Positions 1 through 8,947 of a stretch of DNA of 64,000 nt are shown here, piece after piece (positions within the stretch are counted from its first letter, which is position 1; each line of letters opens with the position of its first letter). A program made the translations under genes and the position numbers. The notes under the pieces are model-generated. The model was not told the origin of the DNA and ran no database searches. It worked only from the letters and a program-made list of their open reading frames with translations. Source of the stretch: an uncultured Prolixibacteraceae bacterium (GTDB taxonomy: Bacteria > Bacteroidota > Bacteroidia > Bacteroidales > Prolixibacteraceae); NCBI GenBank assembly GCA_964540755.1, contig CAZIOB010000104.1, forward strand, positions 5,576 to 69,575. The letters run 5' to 3'.

Positions 1-276
1 ATTAAAAAAATTAAAGATGAAACTTGGAAAATTTTAATCTCACTCCTGAAGGTAATAGCCAAAGAAAAGAGTATTTCCCAATATCAAATATCTGAAAAGA
101 CGGGAATAAAACAGCCCTATATTAATCAGATGTTTAATTTACATAAATGCCCCAGGATAGATACTGTTATCAAAATAGCAGATGCCATTGATATGAATTT
201 ATCAGTCAAAACAAGAGGCAGGGAAAAATTAAACTTTGATAAATTGTTAATAGAGGCACGGAAAAATTACAGATAA
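1..276 (+). CDS. XRE-family helix-turn-helix DNA-binding protein, C-terminal part (5' end outside window)
   Basis: Frame 1 is open from position 1 to TAA at 274-276. It is absent from the ORF track because it has no in-window start. The translation ...KEKSISQYQISEKTGIKQPYINQMFNLHKCPRIDTVIKIADAIDMNL... has the layout of an HTH_3/XRE domain. Confidence 0.55.
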   Translation: MKKIKDETWKILISLLKVIAKEKSISQYQISEKTGIKQPYINQMFNLHKCPRIDTVIKIADAIDMNLSVKTRGREKLNFDKLLIEARKNYR

Positions 277-357
277 AATAAACATTAGGTGTGTTCTTAA
301 ATAGATTACTATGTGTAAAAAAAGAGGGCGGTAAATTTTACAACTCTTAATTCAAAT

Positions 358-384
358 GTTGTTATTCTGGCGACGAATAACAAC
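358..384. terminator. Perfect 10-bp hairpin between the convergent HTH gene and tmRNA
   Basis: gttgttattc (358-367), 7-nt loop, gaataacaac (375-384). It lies between two convergent 3' ends. There is no strong U-tract on either side, so terminator function is tentative. Confidence 0.4.
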
Positions 385-511
385 CCAAATTTACAGATTA
401 ATTTTCACAGTAAAAAACAGGTTATTTTAAAAAGGTTGACTAAATGTTGACCAAAAACAAAAAAGAACACCATTAAAGTATTCGTTTTCAAATGATTAAT
501 AAATTTCATTG

Positions 512-908
512 TGGAGCTGGCGGGAGTCGAACCCGCGTCCAAACGAGGAAGCCACAGGCTTTCTACATGCTTATCCCCGACTTGATTTTCGTCTGCCGGC
601 TGGATCAGGGCCACCGACCGGCACCTTAGTCCTTTTAATTTCACCGGAACGTCAGGACCCCGTTTCGGCTATCTTCGATTTTTTCTGCACCGCCTTCTCG
701 GGCAGCCTCGAAGATACGGCACCCGGGCGATGTCTTGTCCTGATGCCTTGCATCGGGATTAAGCGATTAACCTACTGTAATTCGGTTACGCAGCAAGAGC
801 GTAATTATTTTCGCCAATTATGTTTTGATCATTATTTATAAGGGTCAACAATCAAAACCCTGCATGCTTACCTGCCTCTTCTGCCCGCTGTCAAAACCAG
901 TCAGCCCC
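512..908 (-). ncRNA. ssrA: tmRNA (transfer-messenger RNA, SsrA)
   Basis: The reverse complement begins GGGGCTGA (901-908). It ends with a tRNA-like ...GCGGGTTCGACTCCCGCCAGCTCCA (512-536). The internal tag frame at 786-815 reads GGC GAA AAT AAT TAC GCT CTT GCT GCG TAA = GENNYALAA*, the tag type I recall for Bacteroidota. Confidence 0.93.
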
Positions 909-925
909 ATAAAAGAGATAGAGTA

Positions 926-933
926 CAAAATTA
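926..933 (-). promoter_or_regulatory. Candidate Bacteroidota -7 promoter box (TAatTTTG) for ssrA
   Basis: The reverse complement of caaaatta is TAATTTTG, matching the TAnnTTTG consensus. It sits 18 nt upstream of the mature tmRNA 5' end, consistent with a short processed leader. There is no clear -33 TTTG. Confidence 0.4.
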
Positions 934-1090
934 CATAAAATTAATCTAATAATATTAAAAGAACGTAATATTGTAAGCAAAGAGGAATCTTTTACATTTG
1001 ATTATAATACATCTCTGTTATAAAACATATTTATTACAAAATATAATAACATTTTATAAATAGTAAAAAATACTTTTTTAGATTTACAGT

Positions 1091-1774
1091 ATGGATTATT
1101 ACAAAGATCATGCAAAATTTCTTTTTGCAGTTGACTGCGTAATTTTTGGTTATGAAGAGGGTCAACTGAAGCTCCTGTTGTATCCTCGTGCTTTCGAACC
1201 GGCAAAGGGTTCATGGTCGTTGATTGGCGGTTTTATAAAGGAAAATGAATCCGCAGAAGATGCAGCTTCCCGGATTTTACTTAATACAACCGGACTTGAA
1301 AATGTTTATATGCAGCAGGTAATGGCATTTTCTGATCCATGCCGTGAGCCGTTTGAACGTGTTATAAGCATTGCTTATTATGCTTTAATAAGGATGGAGC
1401 GATATAAAAAGAGCTGTTCTGATGACCAAGGTGCAATTTGGTGGCATATAAATGAATTGCCTCCGTTGATTTTTGATCATGGTGATATGATAACTCAATC
1501 TTTGGAAAAACTCCGGCAAAAAGCAGGTTCAAGTCTTATAGGAAGTGAGTTATTGCCGCCTAAATTTACATTGCTTGAACTGCGGAAGCTCTATGAAGCA
1601 ATTTATCAGAGAGTATTTGATCCGGGTAACTTCAGGAAAAAAATGCTCTCTTTAGGAATATTTGAAAGACTTAACCAGAAAGATATTTCACAATCGAAGA
1701 AGGGCGCTTATTACTACAGGGTAAAAGCAAATAAAGCAGAAGAAGAACAAGAGCGTATAATTATTATAAGATAA
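1091..1774 (+). CDS. Nudix-domain plus winged-helix transcriptional regulator (NrtR/AraR-like)
   Basis: The N-terminal Nudix fold (LFAVDCVIFGY..., GSWSLIGGFIKENESAEDAASRIL) is followed by a C-terminal wHTH-like region (FTLLELRKLYEAIYQRVFDPGNFRKKM). This architecture matches NrtR-family regulators such as Bacteroides AraR. Confidence 0.7.
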   Translation: MDYYKDHAKFLFAVDCVIFGYEEGQLKLLLYPRAFEPAKGSWSLIGGFIKENESAEDAASRILLNTTGLENVYMQQVMAFSDPCREPFERVISIAYYALIRMERYKKSCSDDQGAIWWHINELPPLIFDHGDMITQSLEKLRQKAGSSLIGSELLPPKFTLLELRKLYEAIYQRVFDPGNFRKKMLSLGIFERLNQKDISQSKKGAYYYRVKANKAEEEQERIIIIR

Positions 1775-1791
1775 ACTAAAAAATTTGCAAT

Positions 1792-3453
1792 ATGAGTATT
1801 CTTGACTGGATTGTTCTCGGACTATTTGTTGTCGGCCTTGCCGGAATTGTAATATGGGTTTTGAAAAAGAAAGATAAGGATACGGCGGACTATTTCCTTG
1901 CCGGCCGTGATGCCACATGGATTGCCATCGGCGCCTCTATTTTTGCATCAAATATTGGATCTGAACATCTCGTGGGACTTGCAGGGGCAGGAGCGGAGAG
2001 TGGCATGGCCATGGCTCACTGGGAAATGCATGGATGGATGATACTTCTCCTGGGTTGGCTGTTCGTTCCGTTTTATTCACGGAGCAAGGTTTTTACCATG
2101 CCCGAGTTTCTGGAAAGAAGATATAATCCCCAGGCACGGACCTTCCTTTCCCTTATCTCACTTGTGAGCTATGTACTTACCAAGGTAGCTGTGACAGTTT
2201 ACGCAGGAGGTGTTGTTTTTAAAGATGTATTCGATATAAGCTATATAACTTTTTTCGGATATGATATCGATTTTTTCTGGGTCAGCGCCATAGGACTGGT
2301 TCTGTTAACCGGCCTTTATACTACTTTTGGCGGGATGAAGGCTGTACTTTATACTTCCGTTTTGCAGACGCCGATATTGCTTATTGGTTCTGTTGCAATA
2401 CTGGTACTGGGATTGATAAAATTAGGCGGCTGGGGTGAGATGATGGAAATATGCAGGGCTAATATTACTGCTCATGGAGATCCCATGACAAGCCTGATGC
2501 GTTCACCACAGGATCCGGATTTTCCCTGGACAGGCGTGATACTGGGATCAGCCATAATCGGCTTCTGGTATTGGTGTACTGATCAGTTTATTGTCCAGAG
2601 AGTGCTTTCCGGCCGTGATATGAAACAGTCGCGCCGTGGAACTATATTCGGGGCATATCTAAAACTTACCCCGGTATTTATTTTTCTTATCCCGGGAATG
2701 ATAGCATATGCCTTACAACAAAAAGGGTTGTTTCATCTTGAAAATAATGATGCTGCATTTTCCACAATGGTAAAAGAACTTCTTCCGGTGGGATTCAAAG
2801 GTATAGTTGTAGGAGGGATTCTTGCTGCTTTGATGAGTTCACTCGCATCATTGTTTAACTCCTCTGCAATGCTATTCACTGTTGATTTTTATAAAAAATA
2901 TCGTCCTAATGCACAGGAAAGACATTATGTTATTGTGGGCAGGATCGCTACGGTAGTCATAGTAATGTTAGGGATTGCATGGATTCCTGTAATGCGGGGA
3001 TTAGGAAAGGTATTGTATGAATACTTACAGGATGTTCAGTCATTGCTGGCACCAGGCATTGCAGCAGTTTTCCTTTTAGGTGTATTGTCAAGGAAGACAA
3101 CAGCTTCAGCCGGGTTATGGGGTTTACTTGTTGGTTTTGCATTGGGAATGACTCGTTTAGCACTGAATATTTTTTCCGGGTCAATTTCCGAAACATCGCT
3201 TGTTTATAAGATATTCCTGGTGCATAACTGGTTGCATTATGAGATTTATCTGTTTGCTATAGTGATAGTACTCATGGTGGTAATAAGTTATTTTACTAAA
3301 AAGAAAGATCCTGAGTCTATTGCCGGACTTACACTTGGAACAACAACGAAGGAAATGTATAAGGAAACAAGATCTTCTTATAATCATTGGGATATAATTA
3401 ATTCCGCAATAATAATTGCTGCCATATTGGCATTCTATGTTTATTTCTGGTAA
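1792..3453 (+). CDS. Sodium:solute symporter (SSS/SGLT family)
   Basis: 553 aa, polytopic. The N-terminal ADYFLAGR...IGASIFASNIGSEHLVGLAG motif is typical of the SGLT family. It starts 17 nt after the regulator gene. Confidence 0.9.
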   Translation: MSILDWIVLGLFVVGLAGIVIWVLKKKDKDTADYFLAGRDATWIAIGASIFASNIGSEHLVGLAGAGAESGMAMAHWEMHGWMILLLGWLFVPFYSRSKVFTMPEFLERRYNPQARTFLSLISLVSYVLTKVAVTVYAGGVVFKDVFDISYITFFGYDIDFFWVSAIGLVLLTGLYTTFGGMKAVLYTSVLQTPILLIGSVAILVLGLIKLGGWGEMMEICRANITAHGDPMTSLMRSPQDPDFPWTGVILGSAIIGFWYWCTDQFIVQRVLSGRDMKQSRRGTIFGAYLKLTPVFIFLIPGMIAYALQQKGLFHLENNDAAFSTMVKELLPVGFKGIVVGGILAALMSSLASLFNSSAMLFTVDFYKKYRPNAQERHYVIVGRIATVVIVMLGIAWIPVMRGLGKVLYEYLQDVQSLLAPGIAAVFLLGVLSRKTTASAGLWGLLVGFALGMTRLALNIFSGSISETSLVYKIFLVHNWLHYEIYLFAIVIVLMVVISYFTKKKDPESIAGLTLGTTTKEMYKETRSSYNHWDIINSAIIIAAILAFYVYFW

Positions 3454-3483
3454 TACTCAATAAACCTGTAGTTTTGTACATAT

Positions 3484-4407
3484 ATGTATGATATAATAGG
3501 AGATGTGCATGGCCAGTCCGGGTTGCTTAAAAAATTACTGCAGCACCTGGGTTATACCAAAACATTGCAGGGATATAAGCATCCTGAGCGCAAAGCAATT
3601 TTTCTGGGAGATTTTATAAACCGTGGTCCGCGGATAAAAAAAACAATAAGGATCATACGCAATATGGTGGAAAATGGAAATGCTTTATCCGTTATAGGCA
3701 ATCATGAAATTAATTTTATCATAAGTGTGATAAAAGATAAAAATTGGTTGCCACTGGGAAAGATGACTCATAGAAATTTTATTTCCGGGTTTAAAACATT
3801 GAAGGAGTTCTCTAATGATCCGGATGAATTGGCCAGTCACCTGAAATGGATGCGAACTCTTCCTTTTTATATTGATCTTCCTGACATTAGGATAATACAT
3901 GCCTGCTGGGCAAAACCGGCCATTGATTATCTGAATGATAATCTGCCTGCCGGCAGGATAAGAAAAAAGGTATTCCGGAAGCTGTATGCAGATCCTTACT
4001 CAGAGCTCTCACAAAATATATGGCTGATAACAAAGGGCCCCCAATTTAAAATGCCGGGTGATCTGAGGGTGAAAAACAATAAAGGAGTTGCTCCCCGTTC
4101 TTTCAGGATCAGGTGGTGGGAAGAACCCTATGGGAAAACATTTCAGGATATCTCTTTTGAAAGTAAGTACAGATTTCCTTCATATACGGTGCCCGGCCAG
4201 ATCCTTCCGGTTACATACCCTTATGATTCAGGAGAACCCATTTTGTTTTTCGGCCATTATTGCCGTTTCAGCGGACCTCATATTATCCGTCCCAATCTGT
4301 GTTGCCTTGATTCCTGTGTTAATACGAGCAAGACATTAACTGCTTATCAGTGGAATGGTGAAAAAAAACTTTTGGAAAATAATTTAATACAGATAAGTAA
4401 TAAATGA
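3484..4407 (+). CDS. Metallophosphoesterase (ApaH/PrpE-like Ser/Thr phosphatase or Ap4A hydrolase family)
   Basis: Motifs: DIIGDVHG, GDFINRGP, GNHE, and IIHACW later in the protein. Confidence 0.8.
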   Translation: MYDIIGDVHGQSGLLKKLLQHLGYTKTLQGYKHPERKAIFLGDFINRGPRIKKTIRIIRNMVENGNALSVIGNHEINFIISVIKDKNWLPLGKMTHRNFISGFKTLKEFSNDPDELASHLKWMRTLPFYIDLPDIRIIHACWAKPAIDYLNDNLPAGRIRKKVFRKLYADPYSELSQNIWLITKGPQFKMPGDLRVKNNKGVAPRSFRIRWWEEPYGKTFQDISFESKYRFPSYTVPGQILPVTYPYDSGEPILFFGHYCRFSGPHIIRPNLCCLDSCVNTSKTLTAYQWNGEKKLLENNLIQISNK

Positions 4408-4493
4408 GTCAAAATTAAACCTTTTCCGGAAGATAATCAGAAAATATTACCTGTAAAAATTTTTAAACCTATTGCAGAAAAAAAAAGAAAGTA

Positions 4494-4501
4494 TATATTT
4501 G
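4494..4501 (+). promoter_or_regulatory. Candidate -7 box (TAtaTTTG) upstream of tRNA-Asp
   Basis: tatatttg matches TAnnTTTG. A TTG at 4472-4474 lies 19 nt upstream (-33-like). The box is 78 nt upstream of the tRNA 5' end. Confidence 0.4.
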
Positions 4502-4578
4502 CATCACCTTTTCCGGGAGGCTGTTTGGAATAAAAAAGGAGTGTTCTTAAGATAGAATATTGATATTAATGTAATATT

Positions 4579-4652
4579 GGTGGCGTAGTTCAGTTGGTTA
4601 GAATGCCGGCCTGTCACGCCGGAGGTCGCGAGTTCGAGTCTCGTCGTCACCG
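4579..4652 (+). tRNA. tRNA-Asp (anticodon GTC)
   Basis: 74-nt cloverleaf. The acceptor stem GGTGGCG pairs with CGTCACC. The anticodon loop is CTGTCAC, the T-arm is GCGAG-TTCGAGT-CTCGT, and the discriminator is G. CCA is not encoded. Confidence 0.95.
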
Positions 4653-4666
4653 CAATAATGAAAAAA

Positions 4667-4707
4667 ATAACCTGAGAGTAATTAATCTGCTCTCAGGTTA
4701 TTTTTTT
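4667..4707. terminator. Bidirectional rho-independent terminator
   Basis: ataacctgagag (4667-4678) pairs with ctctcaggttat (4690-4701). It is flanked by an A-run upstream and T7 downstream. It sits between tRNA-Asp (+) and the convergent CDS ending at 4714 (-). Confidence 0.75.
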
Positions 4708-4713
4708 CAGGTA

Positions 4714-5394
4714 TTAATCATCACCGCGCCTTGTTTCGATCAGGACAACCCCGTTTGCACCGCGTGAACCATAAATGGCAGCCGTACCGTCCTTTATAAC
4801 ATTTATACTTTCAACCTGTGTCGGTGGTATGGTACTGAGAACACTACCGTCAACCATTACGCCGTCAACAACTATTAAAGCTGCACTGCTAAGATTAAAA
4901 GAGTTGACACCGCGTATTATGACTTCGTTATTTATTACCTGTACTCCTGCAAACCGTCCTTCTATCAATTCAAAAATATCACTGTACTGCGAAAAATCCA
5001 TATCATTTTTATTCAGATTTGCAACAGCGCTTAACTTTTCAACGTTGGAAACATGTCCGTATCCAATAGCATATTCACGATTCTTTTCTCCAGGTTTCAT
5101 TTTCAGGTTAACAGCCGCATATTTGACTTTTTCATTAAGCTTTACTTTTTGATTAAAAAATCCATTAGCGCTTACTCTGAGTTTGTCTGAAAGGCCGGTG
5201 TTAATTGTAAACCTGCCCAGTGTATCAGTATGAACAACCTCCTTTGTACTTGCCACTTTTACCTCTGCATCAATCAGCGGGATACTATCGAAAGTGGTTA
5301 CTATACCGTGAATAATCCTATCCTGCCCCGAGGCAAAACCGGAAATGGCAAGGGAAATTATCAAAATAAAAAAATTCAAAACTATCCTTTTCAT
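4714..5394 (-). CDS. Secreted carboxypeptidase-regulatory-like plus TonB-receptor plug-like domain protein (short, no barrel)
   Basis: Signal peptide. IHGIVTTFDSIPLIDAEVKV is CarboxypepD_reg-like. IEGRFAGVQV...IRG...ALIVVDG...INVIKDGTAAIYGSRGANGVVLIETR is plug-like. Only 226 aa. Confidence 0.6.
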   Translation of the reverse strand: MKRIVLNFFILIISLAISGFASGQDRIIHGIVTTFDSIPLIDAEVKVASTKEVVHTDTLGRFTINTGLSDKLRVSANGFFNQKVKLNEKVKYAAVNLKMKPGEKNREYAIGYGHVSNVEKLSAVANLNKNDMDFSQYSDIFELIEGRFAGVQVINNEVIIRGVNSFNLSSAALIVVDGVMVDGSVLSTIPPTQVESINVIKDGTAAIYGSRGANGVVLIETRRGDD

Positions 5395-5482
5395 GGCTTT
5401 ACTCCCAATTAATTTAATTTACTATCTAATACAAATTTATAAAATAAAACAATAACCATGCCGATAATGTTTAGTTTGTTAG

Positions 5483-6430
5483 TCACTCTTTTGTGTTGAC
5501 TATCTGTTTGATACGATAAGGTTTTTTATGCTGTGATTCGTAATACGTACGCATAAGTAATTCAGCGATTATTCCAATGGTGATGAACTGTATTCCTCCC
5601 ATTACCAGAAGGATTCCAAGTAAAAGAAGAGGCTTCCCCCAGATATCCTGTCCTAATATTTTAAGCACCAGCATATAAATATTTATTGTTATACCTATTC
5701 CAAGAGTAATTATTCCGAGGCTTCCGAAAAAATGCATCGGCCGCTGAAGATATTTTTTAAAGAACAACATTAGAATCAGGTCACTTATAACTTTGGTAGT
5801 GCGACTAAGATTATATTTTGAGCTTCCGAATTTCCTGGGGCGGTGATTTACGTTAACCTGGGTAATGCGTGTAGCGCCTTCAAGAGTGATAAGCACAGGA
5901 ATGAATCTGTGGAGTTCGCCATATATGTGAATATTTTTAATTGTCTCCCTTGAAAAAACTTTTAGAGTGCATCCAAGGTCTTTCATTTTTGTGCCGGTGG
6001 ATTTTCTGATCATATAGTTTGCGATCCTGGAGGGCACCTTACGAAGAAACATACCGTCATTCCTGTTCCTTCTTACACCTGCAACCATATCCCATTCCTC
6101 TTCTTCTGCCATTTTTAACATATGTGGGATGTCAGCAGGATCATTCTGCAGATCGCCATCAATCAGGGCTATAAAGTCTCCTCCTGCATGGTCAATTCCA
6201 GCCTGAAGGGCAGAACTCTGGCCGTAATTACGTTTTAATTCCACCAGAGTAAACCTGTCGTCTCTGATCTTCATGATCTCCTGCCTGGTGCCATCAGTAG
6301 AACCGTCGTCCACAAATATAGCTTCAAAGTCTGTTCCGTCAAGGGCAGATATGATTTCTTCCGAGAGTGGTTTAATGTTTTGTTCTTCATTGAATACACA
6401 TATGACCAGGGAAAGTTTTTTTTTCATCAT
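5483..6430 (-). CDS. Family 2 glycosyltransferase, polyprenyl-phosphate sugar transferase type (GtrB/ArnC/DPM1-like)
   Basis: LSLVICVFNEE, VDDGSTDGT and IDGDLQNDP motifs, plus two C-terminal transmembrane helices. Confidence 0.85.
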   Translation of the reverse strand: MMKKKLSLVICVFNEEQNIKPLSEEIISALDGTDFEAIFVDDGSTDGTRQEIMKIRDDRFTLVELKRNYGQSSALQAGIDHAGGDFIALIDGDLQNDPADIPHMLKMAEEEEWDMVAGVRRNRNDGMFLRKVPSRIANYMIRKSTGTKMKDLGCTLKVFSRETIKNIHIYGELHRFIPVLITLEGATRITQVNVNHRPRKFGSSKYNLSRTTKVISDLILMLFFKKYLQRPMHFFGSLGIITLGIGITINIYMLVLKILGQDIWGKPLLLLGILLVMGGIQFITIGIIAELLMRTYYESQHKKPYRIKQIVNTKE

Positions 6431-6462
6431 TAACGGTTATGAATATTTATAAAATTTTAACA

Positions 6463-7365
6463 TTATCCGGGAGAATTAAATTTCCATATAAATGAAATCC
6501 GCATAGTATTGTGCTGCCATTCCCGCAATCCGTTGATATACTGAATTCGCAATGCTCTTTTATCAAAATCTCTTCTGACTTCAAAGTTCAGCTGCATTGG
6601 TCTGTCACGTTCGTTTTTGTATCCTGAATAACCTGACAGGCCTGCTGAAAATAACCATCTTAGCTTACTGTAATCTGCTCCAATGTTATACATGAAAGCA
6701 TCATTCTGGAGCCGTAGTTCGTCATTGGTTTGCCATGAGTAGAATCCGGCACCCCAGAATGGTCTGAATCGGCCCTGCATTTTATTTCCTATAGCTTTTG
6801 AGAAACTCAGGTCGAAAAAATATCCAGGGCTGTCACTATAACGAGCAGCGGCCAACTGATTGCCCGAGGCAGTTTTTGTGCCAAACCGGAATAAAGTGTT
6901 TGGAAATTTGCGGTTTTTCGATATTTGAATATCAGTGCAAAAACAGAGATCTCCCATTGCCATTCCTTTACCATCCTCATCTCTTGATATTCTTTCATTT
7001 CTTATCTCTTCAGAGTATGCAAAGTGTTCGAGCACTACCCCGTATATTTCTACAGCAATTTTATTATCAGCAAAAGGAATAAAAGCCCTTAAGGAAATAT
7101 CTTGTGTCGGATCACCAGGCAGAAAATGGCCGGATGCGGTGATACTTATTTCGGGTGGCCCTGTGATCAATCCCTTTTTTATTGGTGGTACAGGCAGAGC
7201 ATTAGGACCGAGATATCCGGGAGAAATTTTCATCCAATTTCTCCATCCAGGATCTCCTGGTTTCCAGTCATGTAGCTCATTCCACCAACCATAGTCTGCA
7301 TCCGGATCCTGTCCGTAGAAGAACAGAGGCATTATTAATAAAAATCCGGTAAGCAGCACTTTCAT
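6463..7365 (-). CDS. Hypothetical secreted protein, probably an outer-membrane beta-barrel
   Basis: I prefer the internal start MKVLLTGFLLIMPLFFYGQ (signal peptide) over the track start at 7398. The sequence is rich in alternating aromatic/Gly strands and ends with an aromatic-rich C-terminus. I recognise no family. Confidence 0.5.
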   Translation of the reverse strand: MKVLLTGFLLIMPLFFYGQDPDADYGWWNELHDWKPGDPGWRNWMKISPGYLGPNALPVPPIKKGLITGPPEISITASGHFLPGDPTQDISLRAFIPFADNKIAVEIYGVVLEHFAYSEEIRNERISRDEDGKGMAMGDLCFCTDIQISKNRKFPNTLFRFGTKTASGNQLAAARYSDSPGYFFDLSFSKAIGNKMQGRFRPFWGAGFYSWQTNDELRLQNDAFMYNIGADYSKLRWLFSAGLSGYSGYKNERDRPMQLNFEVRRDFDKRALRIQYINGLREWQHNTMRISFIWKFNSPG

Positions 7366-7578
7366 ATTTTTCAGTTTAAATTTTGAGTGAACTCCCAAAA
7401 GTATATTTTATCATCAAATTTAATGATATATAAAATAAGGCGCCTGATTTTTAAAAATATTTTGGCATGGGGTTTTTACAAAACTTATTGATTCATATGT
7501 ACCGTCAGATTGCTGCAGATAGCACCAATGAGGGATTTTTTTTAATATCAGAGTGAAAAATTATAATAATCGAATTTA

Positions 7579-8784
7579 TTACAATCCGAGTTTCTGCTTT
7601 ATATCCTGGGGAATAGCATCCTCATGCACCATAATACTCATGGTTTTATATTTCATATATGGCTTTGACGCATAGAGATAGCCATCGTACAGGTTATACT
7701 CCCCCCATGAGTTTTTTACCTTATAAAACGTCTGGCCGTTCTGATCTTTGGCAAGGCCAATAATATGCATGCCATGGTCATCGGTAGTCTGGAAATTATC
7801 GAATGCTGTCTGCCGCATTTCCTGGGTAACCTCCATCTCCGGAACTGGTTTTTCAAGTTTGTACAATTCATTTTCACGTTCTCTTTCAGGTAATGATTCC
7901 CAACGGGCGATCTCAGCATCGGTCATATCAATATCGGGTGCAGCCGGCAACACTGCAACTCCTTTATTACTGGATGCAAAACCTTTCTCACTCACATCGG
8001 TTGCCCATGCTACTGTATATCCGTTATTGAGCGAATAGTCTATTATCTCCTCGAGTTCATCCAACGGAACATTATACACTTCGTCCCATGACCAGTTATC
8101 AGGTATTTCAATGATAAATCTGGAATAAAAAGGATGATGAGTATAAGAAGTGATCTCTACATAATCATCTATATTCAGATCTAAAAATTCATCGGCAAAA
8201 CTTTGCGGGCTGTACTTTTTGCCTTCATATTCAAATCTTTGGGGCACTTCACCCAGATATGAGTCAAGAATAAGTTTAAATGCTTCATGCCATGCTGTGG
8301 AAAGTTTATTGTTTTTATTTTCCACGACTGCGTCAACAAATTCACGTAAAACACGGTCCATCTCACCATGAACATGCTTGTCTTCCCCATATTTTAGTCC
8401 GTTATACACTGACTCGGGAACAATCCCATATTCTGAAATGATATTGGTTACATCGTGGAAAGCTCCTCCGGCAGAGAAATTAAGATTCCCGTGAACCCGG
8501 ACATACTTTCTCGCTTTCTCAGAATATGTGTGCCAGACAATAAACATTTCGGAAAGATTGACCCCGGGTTTACCCAGCCTGAGCATTTCTGATTCAAGAA
8601 AGGATAATCCGGAAAAAGACCAGCAGGTGCCTGACCTGTGCTGATCTTGTACAGGCGTAGCCGGCAGGACCAGCGTATCTTCAAATTTATATACTGACTT
8701 TTCCTTTTTTGATTCCTCTTTGGCAAATGATGGTATCGAAAAAGATATAAATATTGCCGTAATTAGTGCATATTTCAATTTCAT
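7579..8784 (-). CDS. pepC: Aminopeptidase C / bleomycin hydrolase family cysteine peptidase (C1B)
   Basis: Signal peptide. Catalytic motif QHRSGTCWSFSG. The C-terminal ...HGMHIIG...KVKNSWG... is typical of the papain-fold C1B family. Confidence 0.85.
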   Translation of the reverse strand: MKLKYALITAIFISFSIPSFAKEESKKEKSVYKFEDTLVLPATPVQDQHRSGTCWSFSGLSFLESEMLRLGKPGVNLSEMFIVWHTYSEKARKYVRVHGNLNFSAGGAFHDVTNIISEYGIVPESVYNGLKYGEDKHVHGEMDRVLREFVDAVVENKNNKLSTAWHEAFKLILDSYLGEVPQRFEYEGKKYSPQSFADEFLDLNIDDYVEITSYTHHPFYSRFIIEIPDNWSWDEVYNVPLDELEEIIDYSLNNGYTVAWATDVSEKGFASSNKGVAVLPAAPDIDMTDAEIARWESLPERERENELYKLEKPVPEMEVTQEMRQTAFDNFQTTDDHGMHIIGLAKDQNGQTFYKVKNSWGEYNLYDGYLYASKPYMKYKTMSIMVHEDAIPQDIKQKLGL

Positions 8785-8947
8785 ATTAAAAATCTGTTTT
8801 TATTTGCCCAAAAATAATAATTATAACTACTTGAGAAAAAATTGACTTACTCTTTTTCAGTTTTTTCTGACATAAAATACTAAATAATGTGAATGAATTA
8901 TTATCTGTCTCTATTTAATATTATTTTTGTTATTCAAGAAGAAATGC

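Noticed and set aside
291-4552. Shared 10-mer gtgttcttaa (about 291-300 and 4543-4552) as possible att-like direct repeats bracketing ssrA through the phosphoesterase gene
   Set aside because: Only 10 nt are identical. Thousands of such matches are expected by chance in 64 kb of AT-rich DNA. The enclosed genes do not look like an island, and the second copy is upstream of the tRNA rather than at its 3' end.
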